Shown: positions 24,796-36,960, numbered from the stretch's first letter. The stretch: 64,000 bases of DNA from Octopus bimaculoides (GCF_001194135.2 NC_068989.1:29035499-29099498), one strand, 5' to 3'. A program made the numbers and translations. The notes: generated by a model from the sequence alone, not told the origin.

Positions 24796-25849
24796 AATAT
24801 GTATTTATGTATAAATATACACACATACATATATTGATATACAGAAGATAGCAAAGTTACGTCAGAGTAGAAAAACAGAACATGAATACATACACATCAA
24901 AAGAAATTAGAAACTAAGGTATAAGTAAATATATTTAATTGCTAATTACCATAAAATATAAAAGTCCTTACTAAATTTTTTTCCACAACATATAGTAGAT
25001 AAATGTGGAAGTTTGAAGATACCCATGTCACAGTAGTTATTAAAACAGCGACTCTACATGTAAAGGCAGGAGCTGCTATTGAATTGTTAAATGTCAAACG
25101 AAAAATCACTACACTTAAAACAGTTCCACATGGCTGACTCACCTTTAGAGTTAGTATAGATTTCACATTTAGTCAGACCTATATATCTCCTAACAATTTC
25201 ATTTTTGTTTTGTATTTATCCTGTGATATTTTATTTTATCAGACACACACACACAATATTAAGTCTCATAACACTACTCAACCCTTATCATTTGTTACAT
25301 AGTAAGTACACCCATAATACCACTAGCACAACCAAAAATAATACTAATAATAAAAATAGATTGTTGCTTAAAATAGCATGACCTGTGTAGCTTAAGTGTA
25401 GCAGTTGAAAGAGTTTCTCTTTGGGAGTTCAAGGCCTTTTGTCATTGTCAAAAGACAGAACTGAAGAAAAATTATAATATTGTATAGTAATGACACCTGA
25501 AAACCAAACCTCTAGTTTTTGGAGGTGTTAACTTTCTGGTTATAAATGAATGGCAAATGAGAAAAATAGAGATAACTTTTGCTGAGATTTTATCTAGTTC
25601 TAGTTTATTCAGGAAATATTTTTTTTTCACTACTTCACTTTAAATTTTCTCTCAATCCTTGGGCATGGTGATTTATATTATTGGAACAGTTTTTTTTATA
25701 GATAGATGATAACCATTCAACTGTGAAATATGAAATCTGTTTCTAAGAAGCATTGAAAGTCTCCATTTTGATAATTCAAGAGTGTCTCGAGATTTTAATA
25801 AGAGTGTACTAAATAAAAACCTATATAGCAGTTATGTGCCTTGTTTACA

Positions 25850-27000
25850 GAGCCAGTTTTAAGCAGCCAATTAGACAAATTTGTTCAAATGGGGCCCCAA
25901 GCACATGCTCAAGTGGAAGACATTATGATGAATTTGTTGTAAATCATTGTAGTTAATAATGGAGCCTCAAACGCTCAATGCTTTTTGGCTGGGAATGGCA
26001 TACAACACAAAGCATAGAACATCAATCTTCAGATTTTGAAGGATAGAGGGCTCCACTGACAATTCTCTAATTGGTACCTGCACTTCCTATCACTGGCCCT
26101 GCTTGCTTAGAGGTACATCATACCATCAACCAGTATTTATTCATAAAAGATTTCTGTGCTGTTGAAATGTGGGCACAAACTAAGAATGTTTCATTTGCAA
26201 CTAAAAGATGAGGTGTAGAAATGGAAGAGATGGGCTCAGTATAATAGGCAACATCTTCATAGAACACTTCAAATCTAAAACCCTGATCATTATCCAATTA
26301 AAGTCTATGTTATGTTGAATCATATTGGCCTGATTTGTCCTGTAATACAATTCACCAAAGACTGACTCTTATTTCTTGATATGCAAAAGAAAACTGATGC
26401 CAATATTTCCATATACTAAAACTGAAAACCATACAACAACTTTTCCTCCTAAGCACCAGTTTCTATACTTTTCAGGACATGCATTATTTCAATAGTAGGA
26501 ACTTCAAACTTTGGAATATATTTTCATGACTATTAATTGCTAATTACAAATAACATCTAACAAGAAATATATCATGCAGAAATAAAGTCAATATCAACCA
26601 CAGCATTTCCATTCAAAAAATGTAGAGCAAATAAAAATTCTATAGGGAGTATATGGTTCATTTCCAATTCAGCAGATAAAATATCAACAAAAGTAGGAAG
26701 ACAATGTTAAGTAGAGAAGAGTCTTTAGATTTGTTAAGGAGAAACAATCAATCTAGTGTTGATGAACAGAGATAATACACTCAGGCACTAGACAATTTTC
26801 TCTCTGTTGTCACATATTGTTTCCACTGTAGACATTGTAAAATTTAATGTTTTGGCAACTTAGTTTTATTTCTGCATTAAGTCTTTTTAAAACATCAAGT
26901 TTTGTACCTGTTTTGTATCTTTTACAGTTCCTTTTTGCACTACTGCCTTCCGATCTACTTGAATAGCCTTTTTCTAGACATTTTAAATTGAAGGTAAATC
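25850..27000 (-). pseudogene. Possible heavily decayed pogo/Tigger-like transposase
   Basis: N-terminus SAKRNCKRYKTGTKLDVLKRLNA..VAKTLNFTMSTVETICDNREKI resembles the CENP-B/Psq HTH; downstream DDE motifs not clearly recoverable. Confidence 0.35.
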
Positions 27001-27979
27001 CAACAGCAGCATTAATTAATTATTCACAAATATGTAGTAAAAAAATTGAGAATGGAAAATTGTCATATTCCTATTGATGCAATAATGAAAATGAGATGAA
27101 AAGATGAATGAAGAGAAAGTACTATATGATTACAGCAGTTAATTGAAGATTCACCAGATTTTGTAGGCAATTTACCCCTTGCACTTCTGACTTAAGACAT
27201 AAATACACAGACACGCACACACACTAATGCAAATACTATAAGACACAATCACACACACACACACTTATGCACGCGTGTTGGCATACACGCTGACATCTGT
27301 TGTGGCCAGTTGGATTCAAAAGCTGGTGGGCTGATAGTAGTGATGACGTGGATTACATTGGTTTAGACGTTTGTGATGATGAGCGGATAATGTTGGTGCT
27401 GTGGTGGTTATACTTTTCTTGCTTAATTGTGTTGCAGCTGTTTAGTCTCAAGTCAACCCTCATAGACCTAAAATCAAAGACATTTCATTCAACTTTCAAA
27501 ATACACTAGGATATGACATTATATGTTTTTATTTGAAATCGATTTGCTTATCTACTTCATGGTCTATATTACTGTTGCGGTCAGTGGATATGTTGGTGTT
27601 GATAACAGAAACAAGCATGCACACACACACACACACAAACACACATTATGGACTTGGTGTGTGTGTGTGTGGGGGGGGGGGCGTGTGTGACGTGCATGTG
27701 TATGTGTGTGTGATTTGATGACAATTTTTCGAACCATTAACTATATACTTTGATCTTAACTGAAACACAAATGGCCATTGAGCCAAGATGAAAGTGTAGT
27801 TTTAAATTAACAATTCAAAACTAATGCAATACAAATTTCCATAAGAGTGAAATTACAGATTGTATCCTGAAATTTATGGTCATACATCCTAATTTTTATA
27901 AGAGCAAAATCCCGTAACCTGAGGTAGCCATAATGCGGGAGATGCCAGCATGTCCCATACCTATTTGAATTAACCTAAA

Positions 27980-28091
27980 NNNNNNNNNNNNNNNNNNNNN
28001 NNNNNNNNNNNNNNNNNNNNNNNNNNNNNNNNNNNNNNNNNNNNNNNNNNNNNNNNNNNNNNNNNNNNNNNNNNNNNNNNNNNNNNNNNNN
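27980..28091. other. Assembly gap (N run)
   Basis: Run of N. Confidence 1.
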
Positions 28092-28274
28092 NNNNNNNNN
28101 NNNNNNNNNNNAGGTACCAGGCGTTGCCTGGGAATGAAGTTTTTCCTTATATGTTGGAAGAAAAAAACAAAATATGTTGTATGAAATTTGCTATTCTAAA
28201 TTCAATTTATTCTTCAATTGAGATACAATTTTTTCTTTAATTGGGAAATCAATTCTGAATTCATAATAATAATA

Positions 28275-28682
28275 ATCATCATCATTGTTTAACGTCTGCT
28301 TTCCATGCTAGCATGGGTTGGACGATTTGACTGAGGACTGGCGAACCAGATGGCTACACCAGGCACCAATCTGATCTGGCAGGGTTTCTACAGTTGGATG
28401 CCCTTCCTAACGCCAACCACTCCGAGAGTGTAGTGGGTGCTTTTACATGCCACCATCACAAAGGCCAGTCAGGCGGTACTGGCAACGGCCATGCTCAAAA
28501 TTGTGTTTTTTACTTGCTACCTGCACAGGAGCCAGTCCAGCGGCACTGGCTACGACCTCGCTCGAATGTTTTTTCACGTGCCAGTAAGGCAACGCTGGTA
28601 ACGATCATGCTCAAATGATGCTATTTACGTGCCACAGGCACGGAAGCGAAACAGCTGCTCTGGCAATGATCACGCTCAGACA
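28275..28682 (-). mobile_element. RTE 3' end with four tandem units, inserted in the Helitron 3' region
   Basis: Same sequence family as 5510-5795; flanked by (AAT)n/(ATC)n. Confidence 0.9.
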
Positions 28683-29728
28683 ATAATAATAATAATAACA
28701 ATAATAATAATAATAATAATAAACAAAAATACAAAATTTACCACTTTTATGAAAGGAGATAAATTCTACCACATATGTTGAAGGAAATTACATAAGAGCT
28801 TCTGGGTAAACAACATTTTTTGTCTTCTGGTTTGGAGCATAGACAAATAAGTCTTGCAAACTACCTAGACTGGAGTAACCAACATAAAGTTGACCATGAG
28901 AAAAGCAAGCCAGTAGATTTCAAAGACTGACCTTGAGCTTTATTAATAGACATTGCAAAGCAAAGTTGCACTGGGAATTGTGTTTGTTTGAACTCAAATG
29001 GTATGTCTGTTGGTTTGATTGAAATGCTTGGAATGAAAACCTCTTCACCAGAAACACATCCAGTGATGATGGTAGCTTCTGTCACATTAGGTGGTAATGT
29101 CTTTACAATCAACTTCTAAATTTCTTTGAAGCATTATTGGGACTCCTACCTTCAGAAAAAATTTATGTGGAGTAGTTCCAGGTGGCTCAAGAGAACTAAG
29201 TAACACTGTTGGGTAATGGACAGCTTGATTTTCATCAAGGACTGAATCAAATGATTTGTACTCCTTAATGACTGTTGGAATCTTATTCATTAATTCATGG
29301 TTAATCCTTGCTACTGTCTCATTTTTTGGAGCAAGAATTGCCCTTTCATACAGCCATTTATGTGAATTATAATTATTACTTAAGGCTAGAAATACCGTTC
29401 TTCAATTCAGCTGGGGAATTCACCAGGATAGCAATATGAGCCAAATTGATATCACCATTCTCATCAAATGGTACTTTCCCATTTCCTAAATGGAGGAGCC
29501 AGGTTGAAAACTGTTTTACACATTGGTCCCCATGGAATAAAGCTTGCACATTAGTAGTGAAGGAGAATTTCAGTACTTTATTCCATAAGTGTGAAGACTT
29601 AATGCATGCTTTTATTTCATCAGATCTTGTTCATCTCAGAATGACTGATAATGTTTGTCTGAAGTCTCTTGATAAAACTAATGTAACTCCTTCCATAGAT
29701 TTATTGTTGCCGCTGATGTCCTGCAAGG

Positions 29729-30023
29729 CAGTGCTACTCAAACTGGTGGTCCGTGGACCAGTGCTGGTCTACGAGCCATCAGCTGCTGGTATGTGGTGAG
29801 TTTCCAGGAAAGAAAGAAACATTATAAAATGCTTATGTAATATCGTATTATTTGTTTACAAAATAAATATACGATAAAAAAAAATTATCAACTTTTATTA
29901 TATTCATTGTATATATTGTTTCCAGTATAAATTAATATTACTAAGAAATATTACCGGTCCCTGACACACTGGAAAAAAAAAAAAACTGCCGGTACGTCAC
30001 ATCAGATACTTTGAGAAGCTCTG
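29729..30023. mobile_element. hAT (Charlie-like) MITE, 295 bp
   Basis: TIRs cagtgctactcaaa / tttgagaagctctg (12/14); 8-bp TSD ctgcaagg (29721-29728) / ctgtaagg (30024-30031). Confidence 0.93.
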
Positions 30024-30523
30024 CTGTAAGGTCTTACCAAGAGCTTCCGGTGCACCTCTATCTGATAAGGTCGATTCATCACAAATGATAAGGAGGCATT
30101 AGCACATCACTTCTGCTGAACCTGAATCTTTGCTTATGTTACAAATTGGACTGTCACTTGTGACCAGGTTTAGCAGTAATTTAAAAGCAGAATGAGTTGT
30201 TTGTTCTCCTGGGAGAATGGTGGCAACAAAGCCAGACAATGGTACAGCAACTGCAATTCTTTTTTATTGCTTTACTTTGGAGAGAAGCAATGTTACAAAT
30301 GTTTTACCTGTGTCACCAGGAGCATCAAGAAAGAAAATTCCTCTGCTTTTTTCTAGTGATTGTGGAACACCACATGCACACACACACACAGATACATACA
30401 CAGATACATACAGTATCAAACATCAGATGAAATGGACAGGTGTGTGTGTGAGAGAGAAAGCGAATGAAGGGGGTGTGTTGTCATGCATACATACATACAT
30501 AAATAAACAGGCATACATCTTTC

Positions 30524-30568
<45 letters not shown>

Positions 30569-30604
30569 CCACTTAGACATCGCTCTCTCTCTCTCTCTCA
30601 CACA

Positions 30605-31045
30605 GGTTGCATCAATGAAACACTAGAGTTACTGGAAGAGACTGAAAGAATTGTGACACTACACCCTGGAGTGAAGGCAGGAGAAACATGTGTTAATATA
30701 CATGTGGAAGATTCTAGAGGAACTAGCACCAAGAGTAATACCAGCTTCCAAACAGCAAGCCACTGCAATGTTCTAAAGGTCCCATCCATCCAGCCAGAGT
30801 GAGAACCAGGTACTGCCATAGCTTGAGATTCAAAGACCCACAGATATTTAATATCTTGTCAAAAAACCTGAAAGATCAATGTGAAGTTGGGGTAGAAGTT
30901 TCCAAGAAGCACCTTGTCTTTCTGTTGTCCCAGATCTCAGATGAGCCTACATCATGGCAAGAAACTCAAACAAGGACAGCAATATCAAACTCTCTTCTTC
31001 ACCAAAAGCCAACCACAAAAGATTGGCCATTGAAACAGTGATTAT
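30605..31045 (+). mobile_element. 3' fragment of a CR1/L2-group LINE ORF2
   Basis: YWKRLKEL..TLE*RQEKHVLIYMWKILEEL ... RTRYCHSLRFKDPQIFNIL...SKKHLVFLLSQISDEP, typical CR1-type C-terminal motifs. Confidence 0.75.
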
Positions 31046-31505
31046 ACTGGTAGCCACAGTCTAACCCAATATGCAGGTAGAACCAAAAATCTTGTAATTA
31101 TGTACTGATCTCTGTATCCACATAAGCATGCTTGTGTTTATGTAAATAATAAACCAAATATTGATCATCCTTTTAACAATAACTCATTTCAGGCATTTAA
31201 AAAATTCAGTGCAAAGTATTATGCAATTAAGGACAAATATTTAGACAATTACATGCAAATATAAGTTAGGGTTAACAATTTTAGGTTTATTATAGTGTGT
31301 CTCTATAATATATACATTAAGACTGAATGAAAGGGATTATTTCTTTACAAGGAAGGATAAGTTACAAATGTATGTATTATATGAAAGCCTTCAGGTCAAT
31401 AATTAATTGCTATATAATTATATATAATTACAATTGCAGTGTAAGAAACAAGCCATTTAAGAAACACGCAAAAACCGTTAGATTCACTTCAACGTTTAAA
31501 TTTAA

Positions 31506-31556
31506 TTTGTCAAAATATTTTCGTCACTTTGAAACCGCGACCTGTTCACTGATAAA
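31506..31556 (-). ncRNA. Candidate minimal type I hammerhead ribozyme, G3:C8 variant core (minus-strand copy)
   Basis: tttatca GTGAACA g gtcgc-ggtttcaaa-gtgac GAAA atat T T tgacaaa: stem I 6/7, stem II 5 bp with one G-U pair, palindromic stem III AATATT. Confidence 0.55.
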
Positions 31557-31578
31557 ATTCTGTGCTACATCACGGAAT

Positions 31579-31629
31579 TTTGTCAGTGAACAGGCCACAG
31601 TTTCAAAGTGACGAAAATATTTTGACAAA
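31579..31629 (+). ncRNA. Candidate minimal type I hammerhead ribozyme, G3:C8 variant core (plus-strand copy)
   Basis: tttgtca GTGAACA g gccac-agtttcaaa-gtgac GAAA atat T T tgacaaa: stem I 7/7, stem II 4/5, palindromic stem III. Confidence 0.55.
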
Positions 31630-34480
31630 TTAAATTTAAACGCTGAAGTGAATCTAATGGTTTTTGTGTGTTTTTTAAATGGCTTATAAACACCTTCCAC
31701 ACTGCAATTGTTTTTGTTTCAGCACACGATCTCAGATCAAGTCACTTGCTTTGCAAGTAGTACATCTGTAATATATATAATTATCTCTCCCTAAATTGTA
31801 AAATCAAATAAGAGAAAACATAATAGCAAATGATATTTAAGATGTAAGTTCCAAGGTGATCTTAGCTTTTCATCTTTCCAGAATGCATAAAATAGGTACC
31901 AGTCATGTACTAGTGTTTAAATTAACTGACATAAAAATGTAAAGCCTTCTACTGTCTATGTTAAAAATTATTATTTACAATACAAATGTGAGGTTACACA
32001 CAATACTGTAGTATTTCTTAGTGTTTATTAAATTCTATGTAATGTAAGAAGTAGTAGCAGCAAAACATACACATTCTCCTTGGCAGAAACTATGTTGATA
32101 TAAAAATCACAAAAATAGCTGTGAACCTGTTAAGAAAAAAAACATCATCAGTACAAGTCTACTAGTTATACAAGCAGCAATTATTCCAAGAAAATCTTGG
32201 AATCCACCGTCATAGATCACCAAAAGTGGTAAACTAAAAGTAATGAAGTAGTGAAGAATAATGGTAGACTAAGCACTGCTCAAGGAAATAGTAGTTGGTA
32301 GTCAGCCAGAGTTAAGACATAAACAACTAAAGTTCTTTCATAGTTTCTTTCAATTAATACAATTGCAAATATTTTTTTTTTAAAAAAGAAAAAACTGGAA
32401 ATTTTTAAAAGTCTGTCATCTCATAATATGTTTTTGAGATTTTTGAGAAAGTGAACTGAGAATAGCAGAATGACAGTTTCTTTTTTTTTCTTTCTAAACT
32501 GAAAAGGATGTGTAGTCACCGTGCTTCTTTAGAGAACATCCAAGACTGATAGCAGGACAGTATCCTCAAAGCAGAAGGTAACATCAAACCAGAGAATAAA
32601 GCTAAGAACAAAGTGGCCACCATTAAAGATAGTCAAGGGCCAGGTAGTAGTGGTGTTGAATTGGACAATAGTTTCAGTCAAGTTTATGAATTAAATTCCA
32701 GCTTTGGTCAACAAAACAGAATTATTTTTATTATTGACAGATAATCCTGCCAACCTCCCAAAGAATTACAAAAACAAATAAAGAACTCTTTTTTGCAGTA
32801 AATCTACTACTCAAGTAAAGAATAGATGAAATAAAATTTTCAAAATCCAGCAAGAAATATATCGATTATATAATCACCAAAATAATGTAGCATGCTGTTA
32901 AAAGAAAGAAATCAAACTCTGGTTTAAAGGTAACATTCTTTTGTGATAAGCAGAGAAAAAAAGAGGGAGGAGAAGAAGGAGAAAAAAATCCCTCATACTT
33001 ACTTAAAAGATTGTCCTACTTAATGGCAGTAAGGGCTGATGTTAACAACACGAGCTGATTAATGGTTAAAAAGATTTGCTTTTGTTTTTAGAAGTTACAC
33101 TGAACTGCAGGTTTACAGTTAATTTCTGTGAAGAGATACTAATGTTTAGAACACAATAATGGGAAAGAATGATAGCTAAATATCAGAGTTTGATAAGCTT
33201 TGCTACAAGTACTATGTATTACATACACAGACACACACACTAGAAGTACATGTTCAACTGAAAATATGTGGGTGTTTATGAGTGTATCCCTCCCTCCCTC
33301 TCTCTCTCTCTCTCATGCACACACATATATACACAGTTATAGTAGTTTGCATGAAAAACAAAAACAAACCAGAAATGGTGATGAGAGAGAATAGGGGTAG
33401 GTGAGACTATAGTGATTACAGACCTGTTCACCATATATGTTGGTAAAATGATAAAGAGGCTGCAGTAAGACAGAAGGAAAGGATGGTGGGTTAGGTTCCA
33501 TTGAAGAATTTGGTAGGAGTGGTGATAGAATGACAGAATAGGAAAGAAGCAGTTAGACATAACTTCAACATGAGAATTACACTTGCCCCTCCCCCTTCTG
33601 CCATGACCACAACTACCAAAGACAAATGACTATGTAGTAACAACTGTTCTGGTGAGGACACTATATAATAATTAGCTGATGAGGGGGGGGGGTGATAAGG
33701 AGACAGGGAAGGAGAGAGAGTGAAAAAGGGGAGACTGAGAAAGGAGAAAGTGAGAAAGAGGAGAGTGAGAGAGCAAGAGAGAATGAAAAAGGAGCAAGAA
33801 TGTAAAGGCCTAGCCTGTAGGGGAGGTACCAGTTTGACACCCTCTATCAATATGTCTTGATAAACTTCAGACTAGTTTATACACATTCCAAAGTATAAAC
33901 AATAAATTATCTTCATCTCTCACTCTTTCAAAATGCCTCACATTTTCATATTCTTTAATATTATTTAACTGCTTTGATATCAACCTGCCTGTGATCACCT
34001 CTGGTTCTTTAATACACAAAAAGTTTTAAAGTGTTTAACATTTAAATTAAACTCTTATCATTTTATGTAATGACCTTCCTTTTATGTTTCAATAGTGACT
34101 GAACCCTTTTGCAACTACATTTCTTATGAAATATCCTGCTTATCACTTTTAACTGATTTCGAAAACAATCAAGAATTCGAGAAAATTTAGTCAAATAACT
34201 TTTCATTACAGAACAGGATTTTGGAATTTTAAACAAGGTTCTAAGGGAAGATATTCGTATTATCTTTTATCTTTTACTTGTTTCAGTCATTAGAGTGCAG
34301 CCATGCTGGGGCATTGCCTAGGGGAATTTTAGTTGAATCAATTGACCCCAGAGTTTGTTTTATTTTTTAAAGCCCAGCACACCAACACTGGTTGTCAATC
34401 AGTGGTGGATAACAAACACAGAGACAAAGACACACAGTCTGGCTGCTTATTTCTCTGGGATTGTTCAAATTGATGTAGAC

Positions 34481-34523
34481 ACCTCTGATGAAAATTCAAT
34501 AAGATTTGAAAATCAATTAAGGT
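34481..34523 (+). ncRNA. Degenerate minimal hammerhead-like motif, canonical core
   Basis: acct CTGATGA aaattc-aataa-gattt GAAA atcaat TA aggt: stem I acct/aggt, weak AU-rich stem II, near-palindromic stem III. Confidence 0.35.
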
Positions 34524-34705
34524 TGTTCATTGTTTTTTTTCAATCTATGGAAGAATAGTTAAATTAACCCTGTTTATTTATCTTCTACATAGGTTTTATG
34601 ACAGGCTTCTTTCAGTTTATATTAGCCAAATTTTTATATCCCGCCACAGGTTGGTATGGATAAATTATGCAGTAGAGGTTTACTCAATATGTTCACACGA
34701 CACAC

Positions 34706-36305
34706 TTTGCTTTTACTTTATTATAGGCATAAAGCCTTAAATATAGAAGGGACACCACAAGGACAGACAACACAAACGTGGGGTACATACAACAATCAGC
34801 GAATGAATTATGAGTTATGATTATAATGATGATGCAATGGCTCACCTACCCCACAAAGTAGGGATTTCCATTTTACTGTTTTTACGATCAGTAATTATAT
34901 CCAGTTTGTATCGTGTTTATATCACAAAAGGTATTCACTGGTGGTAGTTCATCACATTGAAACCGTAATGGTGTATTATCTATCCTACTTCCAAATATTT
35001 CTTTCAATCTTGCCGCTCTTTTGTCTTCCAGTAACACTGCTTTCATATTTCGATTTGCTTCCTTGTCTGCCAGCTTAATTCTTATCACACCTTTCATTTT
35101 GGCAATTCTTTTTTCTATTTCCACACTCTTCTCGTACTGCACCATCACTCTTTTGTATTTCCCTTTTTGTGGCTTTCTCGGCCACATTTCTTCACTCTCT
35201 GCCCATATTGCTGGTGTTTCCATCTCTATTTGTTGCTCACTTTCTAGTCTCTTCCGTCTCTCCTCCTCCATAATTGTTGAAGGCTTTGGCCTTTGTGTTC
35301 GATCTCCCATTGCTTCCACATTTTTCTATTTTCCTTTTTCTTTTCCTCCGCTTTTCGTTTCTTTTTAGGTGGAGATTCGCTATTTCCTCTCTTCTCTACT
35401 ACAGTGAACTCTTCTTCCTCTTCTGCTATTACAATTTCTTCCTGACTCTCTTTCTCCACCACCTCCTGTTCCTGTTTCTGGGGACACTTGGCTTTCATGT
35501 GACCCCTTACTCTACATTCGAAACATAGAAGTCTACCTTCCACCATGATTCTCAGTCTGGTTTCATCTGGTAATATAATTTCTTCGACAATTTTGTGGAG
35601 GTCTGGTAGGCTGATGTGGACCATTACCCCCACATCCGCGGTCTTCGACATTTTAAGGATTTCTGCTTTTTCTTCTGTATTATAGAGGATGGCTGCCACA
35701 AGCCATGCCTCATCAATTTTGGGTGGCACTCTCCCTATCTTCACTCTGGCTGCACGTCTGCCACAGTAAGTAGGTAACAGTGCCCACTGCACTGATTTCA
35801 AGGCTACGGTGGAATATTTATTTGCTTCGTTCTTATTAATGAAGTGTACCACCACCGTGTCGACCTTTCATCCTCTGGTGTAGAATGTAGTTATTTCTTC
35901 TATTTCCTTTAAGCATTCTTCTACTGTTTCTACAGCTGCTATCTCTACCTTTTTGTTGCTATATTAAACATTCTATAGGTAATAATTATTCTTTCTGTAT
36001 TCTGCGTCACTTCTTTCTTAAGTTTCTTGAAGTCTCTGTCCTTTACTTCTAATTCACGTATCTGCAGTAGCTCAACTGGCAGGCTTAGCCCTGTCACTAC
36101 AGCATAACTGCTTGTATGAACCTGCATATTCATAATTACATTGTTCGCCACTTCACCCATAAATGGGGAAGCCAAATAAAAATTTCAACAAATTCAAACA
36201 ATCACAATATTCAACAATTCCGTGATTCAAATTAACAAAACATGTGAGCGAAATTAAGACACAACAACGACATACTTCGTGATACTACCAAAACGTTCTC
36301 CCTGG
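34706..36305 (-). mobile_element. ORF1-only LINE derivative (half-L1/Tx1-like), pseudogenised
   Basis: ~140-nt leader; ORF of ~420 codons (36160 to 34888) broken by two frameshifts and a stop, with one CCHC knuckle CFECRVRGHMKAKC and a Glu/Lys-rich tail; ~170-nt 3' UTR, AATAAA and A-rich end; no endonuclease or RT downstream. Confidence 0.75.
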
Positions 36306-36559
36306 ACTACTAATGATCTCTACTCTTTATAAGAGTTCAGCTAGTCCATTCTTCCAATTCTCCAGGGGTGTCAATGACTCTCACCACAACATCTCTCTCT
36401 TTGAGATTGACTTCCATTGGAAGTCAATATTTCTTTTTTTAAAATTTATTTTATTTTCTAGTATCTTTTACACAATATCAGCCTTTTTACACAGTATCGG
36501 CCTGGAACTTGAAATTAGGAATTAGAAATTTCATTTCTTTTTTACGTCATCTTTTATAT

Positions 36560-36960
36560 CCTGACAACTTGTTGCCAGATGTTGCAACATAATTGTTACC
36601 CAAATCTTAGGTAGTATTGTTCAAACAGACTTTAGTCCAATTTTTTAACCCCAAGAAGACATCTCCTCTAGCTGGTTAAAATTGCACAGTGGTATCCGAT
36701 ATATTGCGAGCAGCAGCATCGAGCCTTTACTACATTTTAGCAAAGGAACCAACACACAGTAATTTGAATAATTACCATTGCAGCAACTTATGTGTTTGGT
36801 GCAAGTTCAATGCAGGACTAACACACCGACTCTTACTAGCCTCTAGCAAAACTCTTCAACGACTTCTGCCAACTTGCCACCTTTTCATGGTATTTTACTG
36901 GTGGTACTTTGGCTGCTGAGTACGTTACTTCTATCAGCTTTCACCCATTTCTTGATGTCC
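36560..36960 (-). pseudogene. Decayed apurinic-endonuclease-like fragment of a LINE ORF2
   Basis: ...EEFC*RLVRVGVLVLH...MLLLAIYRIPLCNFNQLEE resembles the GGV and xYRPP motifs of LINE endonucleases; several stops. Confidence 0.4.

Larger units (their letters stand above)
28092..30370 (-). mobile_element. 5'-truncated Helitron (PIF1-like helicase, pseudogenised) with nested insertions
   Basis: FFLDAPGDTGKTF (Walker A), IICDEST, LSRDFRQTL, RAILAPKNE, LKVGVPIMLQRNL, FPVQLCFAMSINKAQGQSL, KNVVYPEAL*; 3' hairpin ccagg-caacg-cctgg at ~28097-28111 beside the gap. Confidence 0.92.
31431..31710. repeat. ~280-bp palindrome (~130-bp arms, 6-nt loop ctacat); probable inverted end repeat of a Penelope-like element
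   Basis: The arms are reverse complements with scattered substitutions, from caattgcagtgt to acactgcaattg. Confidence 0.95.

Noticed and set aside
36361-36385. VRVIDTPG GTPase (GIMAP-like) motif on the minus strand
   Set aside because: Surrounded by stops, with no Walker A motif or splice context.
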